Shown here: piece after piece, positions 54,287 to 64,000 of the stretch
How the letters are laid out: the number at the start of each line of letters is the position of its first letter
Numbering within the stretch: the first letter of the stretch is position 1
Origin: the human T2T-CHM13v2.0 reference genome, Homo sapiens
Strand: one strand, 5' to 3'
Length of the DNA stretch: 64,000 bases
Assembly (NCBI RefSeq): GCF_009914755.1
Contig: NC_060930.1
Position numbers and translations under genes: made by a program
Notes under the pieces: model-generated
The model's database searches: none
Seen by the model: only the letters and a program-made list of their open reading frames with translations
What the model was told of the DNA's origin: nothing

Positions 54287-54661
54287 TGATATGGTCTGGT
54301 TCTGTGTGCCCACCCAAATCTCATCTTGAATTGTAATCTGAATTTTAATCCCCACGTGTTGGGGAAGGCACCTTGTGGGAGGTGATTAGATGATGGGGCA
54401 GTTCCTCCATGCTCTTCTCATGATAGTGAGTGAGTTCTCATGAGATCTGATGGCTTTATAAAGGGCTTTTCCTGCCTTTGCTCAGCACTTCTTCCTGCTG
54501 CTATGTGAAGAAGGACGTGTTTTCTTCCCCTTCCACCATAATTGTAAGTTTTCTGAGGCCTCCAAAGCCATGCTGAACTGTGAGTCAATTAAACCTCTTT
54601 CCTTTATGAATTACCCAGTCTTTGGTATGTCTTTATTAGCAGCATGAGAACGACTAATACA
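54287..54661 (+). mobile_element. THE1C-like solo LTR
   Basis: TGATATGG...GACTAATACA; near-TSD AAGGA/CAGGA. Confidence 0.9.
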
Positions 54662-55228
54662 CAGGACAAGTTACTGCATCTGGCCCCTTCTAACACAAAA
54701 AGGCGGCACAACAACTTGTCAACTTCCTTGAATTTTTAGAAACAACAAACTTCTTACTTGGACATGCTATTCTGATCTATGTACCTAGTGTCTCTAAAGA
54801 CTGCCAATTTTGAGTAGGACCAGAACAAAAGAAGGCTCTGTATAAGGTCCATGCTCCCATACAAGCTGCTCTACAACTTGGGCCATATGAATGAGCAGAT
54901 CTGCGGGTGCCTGAAGTGTCAAAGGTAGACAGAGATGCTGTATGGAACCTCTGGCAGGTCCCTACAAGTGAATCCTAGCACAGAGCTTTAATAATTTTGA
55001 AGCAAAACTTTGTCTCCTCTGCAGAAAACTCTCCTCCTTTTGAAAACCAGCTTCAGGCTTGCTACTGGACAAGCCACAAGTAACTGAAAGCTTGACAATT
55101 ATCTACTAAGTTACCAAGCCACATGTGCTACCTATCACAAACTAAGTGTTTTGCACCAAGCCAAAACACTGGATATGTATAATAACACTTGATTGTCAAA
55201 TGAAAGTAATATATACAAGACCAGGCTC

Positions 55229-55522
55229 AGCCGGGCGTGGTGGCTTACGCCTGTAATCCCAGCACTTTGGGAGGCTGAAGTGGGTGGATTACTTGAGGTC
55301 AGAGGTCTGAGACCAGCCTGGCCAACATGGTAAAATCCTGTCTCTACTAAAAATACAAAAGAAATAGCCAGGTGTGGTGGCGGGCACCTGTAGTCTCAGC
55401 TACTCAGAAGGCTGAGGCACGAGAATCACTTGAATCCAGGAGGCAGAGCTTGCAGTGAGCTGAGATGGCTGCACTACAGCCTGGGCAAAAGAGAAAAACT
55501 TCATTTAAGAAAAACAAAAAAA
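55229..55522 (+). mobile_element. AluSx/Sz-like
   Basis: Full dimer; TSD approximately CAGGCTCA. Confidence 0.9.
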
Positions 55523-57015
55523 CAGGCTCAAGCAGATCTTCAAGGTAACAAATTAGTGCATGAGCAAATGTCACAGATGTTCATGGCCCATATTTCTGCC
55601 TCATTGCTTCTTTCAACTCAACCGATACCTGTGTTCTCATGGGGAGCTCCCTATAATCAACCAAGGAAGAACAAAATTTGGGGTCTGCTTTATATGACCA
55701 GGAGAGGATTGTTTTGGATTGTTCTGTGTCAACTTGGTTAAGCTGAGAACCGTATTTCCCAGAATCTTTTTCCCTGTAAGATTGTAAGTTAAAGCTGACC
55801 AAAAGAGAACTTGTGTAAGATTTGGAAGGCACACATGTGAAACAGCAGCCTTTACTTTCTGGAAGTCTTTGTGGCTAGACAAAGTGACAAAACCAAGGAG
55901 CTCTTCTTCCCAACTCTTGGCCCTGGCAATTAGGAGCAGTCCAGGTTCAACAACAGATGCTTGTCTGTAAATCGACAGAAGCCATAGATAACTTCCCATA
56001 GACCTCTCATTAGCTTACCTCTAACAGAATCACTTGATGGGTAGATGTGCTGTCCTCAGATTTACCTGCAATCATTGACTTTTTTACTTGCACCTTTGCT
56101 TAGGGAGGATCCTACTCCTTATTTGATCTTCCTACTCTCCCTTTGGATTTGCAGTTACCTAGCTCCTCCCTCAATTGGGTAAGGTCTGATTTTTACAATG
56201 TATCCCTTACCCCGTTGCACTTATAGTAACCCTACTTCCATGACTGGACTATCACATACCCTCCAAGCTCCCGATTTTTTTTGGAAATCATCATGTTAAC
56301 ACAAGAGGTGAACAACTAAGTGAATTTTAAGAAATTAGGAAGTCCTATTTGTTAGGACTCCATGTTTCAAAAACACATACTAAACTTACTGAAGCAGAAA
56401 GGTGAATTTATTGGCTCAAATTGCTGAGAAGTGCAGGTTGTATTTGTAGGGTTTAGTCATGGCTGAATTTAGATACACACACAATGTTATCAAGCCTCTT
56501 TTTTCATGCTTCTCAGCTCTGATTTCTTGGCTGGTTTCATTCTCAGAAGCTCTGTAAGTGGTAACAAAGACAAATATTGACAGTTCCAGGCTTATATTCT
56601 ACCAGCTTAGTAATGCCAGTGGATTAAGAATATTCTTTCCTCAATAGGTTTAGCAAGTTTTCAAGCTGATTTGGTTCATGTACCTTGAGTCATATGTTCA
56701 CCTCTTAAGCAGCAATTGTGGATTCTACTAGTGAAAGGTACAGTCAGACTAGTCCCCAAGAACTATGGCAGCCCATCCAAACCTCACATGTTGGAAATAG
56801 AGAAGTCTATAAGAAAAAATGGGCTTCCATTGTCAAGATGTTTGATAAGTAAAATCTACATATCTCCATTATATCATCCTTAGTTGTCCAGTAAATACAT
56901 AAACTTTCTTTTAATTCATGTATCTTCAACATTTCTTTTAGTACATACATTGCTTCTATGTAATATAATAAAACTCCTTCATACACAAGAAAAAGCCACA
57001 GTCACCTCCTCTCTA

Positions 57016-60000
57016 TTTTTTTAAATTTTATTTTTTAATCAATTGATTAATATATATTTTTTCCATAAGTTATTGGGTACAGGTGGTATTTGGTTACATG
57101 AGTAAGTTCTTTAGCGGTGATTTGTGAGATTTTGGTGCACCCATAACCGGAGCAGTATACATTGCACCATATTTGTAGTCTTTTATCCCTTGCTTCCCTC
57201 CCACTTTTTCCCACAAGTCCCCAAAGTCCATTGTATCATTCTTACGCCTTTGCGCCCTCACAGCTTAGCTCCCACATATCAGTGAGAACATATGATGTTT
57301 ATTTTTCCATTCCTGAGTTACTTCACTTAGAATAATAGTCTCCAAACTCATCCAGGTCACTGCAAATGCTGTTAATTCATTCCTTTTTATGGCTGCATAG
57401 TATTCCATCATATATATATGACAAAGGACTGATATCCAGAATCAACAATGAACTCAAACAAATCAGTAAGAAAAAAACAAACAGTCCCCAAAAAGTGGGC
57501 TAAGGACATGAATAGACAATTCTCAAAAGAAGATATACAAATGGCCAACAAATATATACATAAAATAGATACATAATTATATATATAATATATATATATG
57601 CCACTTTCCCCACTTTATGTTTTTGTCTGCTTTGTCAAAGAACAGTTGGCTGTATTTGGTTTATTTCTGGCTTCTGTATTCTGTTCCATTGGTCTGTGTG
57701 CCTATTTCTATCCCAGTATCATGCTGTTTTGGTGACTATGGCCTTATAGTATAGTTTGAAATCAGGTAGTGTGATGCCTTCAGATTTGGTCTTTTTGCTT
57801 AGTCTTGCTTTGGTTGTGTGGGCTCTTTTTTGTTCCCTATGAATTTTAGAATTTTTTTTTTCTAATTCTGTGAAGAATGATGGTGGTATTTTGATGGGGA
57901 TTGCATTGAATTTGTAGATTGCTTTTGGTACTATGGTCATTTTCACAGTATTGATTCTACCCATCCATGAGCATGAGATGTGTTTCCATTTGTTTGTGTC
58001 ATCTATGATTTCTTTCAACAGAGTTTTGTAGTTTTCCTTGTAGAGGTCTTTGACTCCTTGGTTAGGTATATTCCTAAGAATTTTATTTTTTGGCAGCTAT
58101 TGTAAAAGGGGTTGAGTTCTTGATTTGATTCTCCATTTGGTTGCTGTTCATGTACAGAAGAGCTACTAATTTGTGTACATTAATCTTGTATCCGGAAACT
58201 TTGCTGAATTCTTTTATCAGTTCTAGGAGCTTTCTGGAGGAATCCTTAGGGTTTTCAAGGTAAACAATCATATCATCAGCAAACAGTGACAGTTTGACTT
58301 TCTCATTACTGAATCAGATGCCCTTTATTTCTTTCTCTTGTTTGATTGCTCTGGCTAGGACTTCCAGTACTATGTTGAAGAGGAGTGGCGAGACTGGGCA
58401 TCCTTGTCTTGTTCCAGTTCTCAGAGAGAATGCTTTCAATTTTTCCCCATTCAGTATTATGTTGGCTGTGGGTTTGTCGTAGATGGCTTTTATTACACTA
58501 AGGTATGTCCCTTGTATGCTGATTTTGCTGAGAATTTCAGTCACAAGAGATGTTGGATTTTGTTGAATGCTTTTTTTTTTGCATCTATTGAGATGATCAT
58601 GTGATTTTTGTTTTTAATTCTGTTTATGTGGTATATCACACTTATTGACTTGCATATGCTAAACCATCCCTGCATCCCTGGCATGAAACCCACTTGATCA
58701 TGGTGGATTATCTTTTTGATATGTTGTTGGTTAGCTAATATTTTGTTAAGGATTTTAGCATCAGTGTTCATCAAAGATATCAGTCTGTAGTTTTCTTTTT
58801 TGGTTATGTCCTTTCCTGATTTTGGTATTAGGGTGATGCTGGCTTCATGAAATGAATTAGGGAGGGTTCCTTCTTTCTCTATCTTGTGGAATAGTGTCAA
58901 AAGGATTGATACCAATTCTTCTCTGAATGTTTGGTAGAATTCTGCTGTGAATCCATCTGGTCCTGGACTTTTTTTTGTTGGTGGTAATTTTTAAATTACC
59001 ATTTTAATCTCGCTGCTTGTTATTGGTCTGTTCAGGGTATCTAATTCGTCCTGATTTAAGTTAAGAGGGTTGTATTTTTCCAGGAATTTATTTATCTCTT
59101 CTAAGTTTTCTAGTTTATGTTCATAAAGGTGTTCATAGTAGCCTTCAATAATCTTTTGTATTTCAGTGGTGTCAGTTGTAATGTCTTCTGTTTGATTTCT
59201 CAGTGAGGTTATTTGGATTTTCTCTCTCTTTTTCTTGGTTAGTCTTGCTAATGGTCTATCAATTTTATTTATCTTTTCAAAGAACCAGCTTTTTGTTTCA
59301 TTTATCTTTTTTATTTTTATTTTTTCTATTTCATTTAGTTCTGCTCTGATCTTGGTAATTTCCTTTCTTCTGCTGGGCCTGGGTTTAGTTTGTTCTTGTT
59401 TCTCTAGTTCCTTGAGGTATGACCTTAGAATGTCAGTTTGTGCACTTTCAGTCTTTTTGATGTAGGCGCTTAGGGCTATGTACTTTCCTCTTAGCACTGC
59501 CTTTGCTGTATCCCAGAGGTTTTGATAGGTCGTGTCATTATTGCCGTTCAGTTTGAAGAATTTTTAAATTTCCATCTTGATTTCGTTTTTGACCCAATGC
59601 TCATTCAGGAGCAGGTTATTTAATTTCCATGTATTTGCATGGTTCTGAAGGTTCCTTTTGGAGTTGATTTTCAGTTTTATTCCACTGTGGTCTGAGAGAG
59701 TGCTTGATATAATTTTAATTTTATTAAATTTTTAAAATTTATTGAGGCTCATTTTTGGCCTATCATATGATCTATCTTGGAGAAAGTTCCATGTGCAATT
59801 GAGTAGAATGTGTATTCTGAGGTTGTGTTGCTGTCTATCTCATTTCTTAGGTCTATTAGTAATTTTTTTTTTTTATAAATTTGGGAGCTCCAGTGTATGG
59901 TGCATATATGTTTAGGATTGTAATATTTTCCTGTTGGGCAAGGCCTTTTACCTTTATATATTGTCCGTCTTTGACTCTTTTAACTGCTGTTGCTTTAAAG

Positions 60001-62671
60001 TTTGTTTTGTCTGATATAAGAAGAGCTACCCCTGCTCGCTTTTGGTGTCCATTTGCATGAAATGCCTTTTTCCACCCCTTTACTTTAAGTTCATGTGAGT
60101 CCTTAAGTATTAGGTGAGCCTCCTGAAGTCAGCATGTAGTTGGTTGGTGAGTTCTTACCCATTCCATGGTTCTATATCTTTTAAATGGAGATTTTGGCCA
60201 ATTACATTCAATGTTAGTATTGAAATGTGAGGTACCCTTGCGTTCATCATGCTCTTTGTTGCCTGCATAGTTTTTTTTTGTTTGTTTGTGTTTTTTTTTT
60301 TTTTTTTTTTTTTTTTGCTTTTTAACTTGTATTTTTGCTGTATAGTTTCTGTGTGATTTATGCTTTAAAGAGGTTCTGTTTTGATGTGTTCCCAGGATTA
60401 GTTTCAAGATTTAGAGCTCTTTTAGCAGTTCTTGTCGTGGTGGCTTGGTAACAGCAAATTCTCTCAGCATTCGTTTGTCTGAAAACGACTGTATCTTTCC
60501 TTCATATATGAAGCTTAGTTTTGCTGGATACAAAATTCTTGGCTGATAATTGTTTTGTTTGAGGAGGCTGAAGATAGGGCCCCAATCCCTTCTAGCTTGG
60601 AGGGTTTCTGCTGAGAAATCTGCTGTTAATCTGATAGGTTTTCCTTTATAGGTTGCTTGGTGCTTCGTCTCACAGCTGTTAAGATTTTTTCCTTCGTCTT
60701 AACTTTGGATAATCTGATGACAAAGTGCCTATGCAAAGATCTTTTTGTGATGAATTTTCCAGGTGTTCCTTGTGCTTTTCGTATTTGGATGTCTAGGTCT
60801 CTAGCAAGGCTGGAGAAGTCTTCCTCAATTATTCCCCCAAATATGTTTTCCAAGCTTTTGGAATTCTCTTCTTCCACAGGAATGCCAATTATCCTTAAGT
60901 TTGGTCATTTAACGTAATCCCAGACTTCTTGGAGACTTTGTTCATATTTTCTTATTCTTTTTTCTTTGTCTTTATTGGATTGGGTTAATTAGAAGGCTTT
61001 GTCTTCAAGCTCTGAATTTCTTTATTCAACTTGTTCAATTCTATTGCTGAGACTTTCTAGAGCATTTCACATTTCTAAAAGTGTGTCCAAAGTTTTCTGA
61101 ATTTTTGATTGTTTTTTTCCTTAAGCTATCTATTTCTTTGAATATTTCTCCCTTCACTTCTGGTATCATTTTTTTTTTTATTTCCTTGCATTGGGCTTCA
61201 CCTTTCTCTGGTCCTTCCCTGATTAGCTTAATAACTAACCTCCTGGATTCTTTTTCAGGTAAATCAAGGATTTCTTCTTGGTTTGGATCCATTGCTGGTG
61301 CACTACTGTGATTTTTCACGGGTGTTGAAGAGCTTTTTTTTGTCATATTACCAGGGTTGGTTTTCTGGTTCCTTCTCATTTAGGTAGGCTCTGTCACAGG
61401 GAAGGTCTAGGGCTGAAGGCTGTTGTTCAGATTCTTTTGTCCCATGGGGTGTTCCCTTGATGTAGTACTCTCATCCTTTTCCTGTGGATGTGGCTTCCTG
61501 TGAGTCAAACTGCAGTGATTGTTGTCCCTCTTCTGGGTCTAGCCACCCAGTAAGTCTACCTGGCTCTGGGCTAGTACTGGGGGTTGTCTGCACATAGTCC
61601 TGTGATGTGAACTGCCCTTGGGTCTCTCAGCTGTGTGTCTCAGTGCCTGTTCTGGTGGAGGTGGCAGGGGGTGCAATGGACTCCATGAGAGTTCTTAGCT
61701 TTAGTGGTTTAATGCTCTATTTTTGTGCTGGTTGGCCTACTGTCAGGTGGTGGCGCTTTCCAGAAAGCATCAGCTGTAGGAGTATAGAGAGGGACTGGTG
61801 GTGGGTGGGGCCCTAGATCTCCCAAGATTAATACCCTTTGTCTTCTGCTAGCAGGGAGGGTAGGGAAGGAACATCAGGCGGGGGCAGGACTAGGCATGTC
61901 TGAGCTCAGGCTCTCCTTGGGTGGGTCTTGCTGCGGCTGCTGTAGGGGATAGGAGTGAGATTCCCAGGTCACTGGAGTTGTGTACCTAGGAAGATTATGC
62001 CTGCCTCTGCTGAGCCATGCAGGTTGTCAGGGAAGTGGGGGAAAGCCAGCAGTCACAGGCCTCACCCAGCTCCCATGCAAACCGAAGGGTCAGTCTCACT
62101 CCCACTGTTCCCCGCGACAACAGCCCCAAGTCTGTTTCCAGGCAGAGGGGAAGACAGGCTTGAAATCTCCCGCCTCCCAGCTGTGAGAGAAGAAGGCTTG
62201 GTTCTTCCCCTGCTGGTGGAGTCTGCACACCAGATTTGCACACCTTCCCCCAAGTTCTGGCAAGGAGGCTTCTCATCGGGTTCATATTATTACAAAGTTC
62301 TGCTAGGGATTTCTTTCTCCCTATGTAGTTTTACCCTCACTTGGCTCTCTAAATTGGCTCAGCTCCAGGTAAGGTCGGAAACTTCTCCCGCAAACAGACC
62401 TTCAACTTTTCCAGTGGATATGTGTGTTCGGGAGAGGAAGGTTTCCCTTTCCCACTTCTGCAGTTGGGGCACTCACAGTTTTTGGGGTATCTCCAGGGTC
62501 CTGCAGGAGCAGTCCACTTCCTTTAGAGGATCTGTGGGTCGTCTCGGGATTGCTGGTTTGTTCTTGCACTCGATCTGGAGCTAAAATTCACAATGCAAGC
62601 TTCTGCAAGCTGCTCTGTCCGGAGCTGCACTCTAGTCCTGCCTCCCATCTGTCATGATGATCCTAGAATTC
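57016..62671 (-). mobile_element. Full-length L1PB-type LINE-1 with internal deletion/inversion
   Basis: L1PB-type 3'UTR, decayed ORF2 and ORF1 (MRRNQKTNPGNMTKK), long 5'UTR; TSD CACCTCCTCTCTA (57003-57015) / CATCTCCTCTCTA (62672-62684). Confidence 0.9.
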
Positions 62672-64000
62672 CATCTCCTCTCTAAAAAGTACAAAGCACA
62701 CACATTTACTCTATGTACCTCTAGTAAGAGCTTTGCTTTGTGTTTGTCTGTCAGTCTTAAAGGTAGCTTCTCATGCTTGAGCAGTCTATGACTAAGTGGT
62801 TTATTTGTTTAACCACCTACAATATAACATAATAGATAAAATAAAGTAAATAAAATATAAAATTTAATAAAATTTTCACACAAATGAGAAAAGCGGGAAA
62901 TTAATAAACAGTGGTTTTACTCATCAGAGTTTGCAAATTCTTTCTGCATGGAAGGGTAGTGAGCTCCTTGGTCAGCCAATCTGCATCATGGAGGATTTTA
63001 TTTAACAGTTTCATATTCTTAAGTAAATTACTTGACATTTGCTATTGACATTGGGAAGGACCCTTTTTTGGTGGCTGCTGTAGGTTAGGGACCTACTTCC
63101 CATTGGTGAAATTTTGGTGGTGTAGGAAACGCTTAGGAATTGGGTATTTCCAAGCATTTGCCGCCAGTGTTAGGGTTTCTCTGGAAGAAAAAATTTCTTA
63201 CAGCCTTGGGAGGTATGCAGCTAATCTGTATTTAGTTAATGATATAGACTAGTTACTGGAAACTGAGACCATGTTGAGCATAGTCTCAAGAGAAGTGTGA
63301 GTTTGTGATTTCTGTTTCTTAGTATTAGACCTCAATGGCTTACCCATATTTTAACTTTTAGCTTAATGGTTTGTAAGTGGCACCGAATAATTAGTTGGGA
63401 TTGGAAGTGATAACTAATTCTCCTCATATCTCTAGGTAGCAGGACAGGGAATTTTTTTACTGCCTTTTAAATAAGATAATTAAATTGGAGTTACTGTCAT
63501 TTTTACCTACAATATCATAGCTAACACCTTCTTCTGGCGGAAAATACCACTCAAAGTTCTTGGGAAGGTCCTGGAGATCATATCATAGCTTCCCCTAGAT
63601 TCTATTCTTATTTTCAATGTTCTTGTCAGCCTCTCTGAGTTTCCTTTGCACTAACTTTTTCTTGGGGTAAAGATTTTGCCTTTTTTGATTTTCAAAGCTC
63701 ATGGTTATTTGAATCTCAGCTGTCTCAGATTGTTAGATGCAGATATAAATCAAGGTTGTATTTTCTTTTGTCTTTGCTTTTAAACAGGTAAGCTTGAGAG
63801 AACTGGCTAAGATATTCCAGTATCCTGACATTTTTCTACCAAGTTCCTTAAAGTTATAGTCTCAGTAGACACATGAGTCTAAGAGTATGACAGGTAACAG
63901 TTTAACCAGTTTAACTGTCTACTTTTCTACTGTATAGCATGGATGGACTACCCTATAGCTACTGTAAAAAACACTAACTTCCCTGTTGTCCACCTCAACT

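Larger units (their letters stand above)
54195..55700 (+). mobile_element. ERVL-type internal pol fragment, split by THE1 LTR and Alu
   Basis: Degraded translation DKLLHLAP, E*GPEQKKAL, DRDAVWNLWQVP, PFENQLQACYW resembles ERV-L RT/connection. Confidence 0.8.

Noticed and set aside
61955-62584. 209-aa ORF on the plus strand
   Set aside because: Lies antisense in the GC-rich L1PB 5'UTR, starts at a non-ATG codon and shows no similarity to ORF0.
63755-63795. Pyrimidine tract plus CAG/GTAAGC as a host exon boundary
   Set aside because: No exon can be delimited from sequence alone; isolated splice-like motifs are common.

Overview
Primate (most likely human) non-coding DNA made almost entirely of interspersed repeats. 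I found no host protein-coding exon, RNA gene or CRISPR array. The main feature is a 7.25-kb minus-strand HERV-K(HML-10)/HERV-K(C4)-type provirus (3155-10401) with LTR14-type LTRs, a perfect 6-bp target-site duplication (TSD) and a gag-pro deletion. It carries pervasive strand-specific G-to-A hypermutation typical of APOBEC3 editing, retains both splice sites and the 18-codon second exon of a Rec-like gene, and was later hit by three same-strand AluY insertions. Two of those Alus sit at TT/AAAA sites that the hypermutation appears to have created. Other elements include a full-length L1PA3-like L1 (intact 338-aa ORF1, broken ORF2, triplicated 17-mer in the ZNF93-binding segment), a full-length L1PB with an internal deletion/inversion, a near-complete Hsmar1, a MADE1, a full-length Tigger1, MER75, MER1A, several MaLR/ERVL LTRs, a putative retrocopied 3'UTR fragment and an L1-derived palindrome. 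From memory, size and orientation fit the HML-10 provirus in a PKIB intron (6q22.31); this is unverified. Subfamily names come from recalled consensus sequences and need RepeatMasker/Dfam confirmation.
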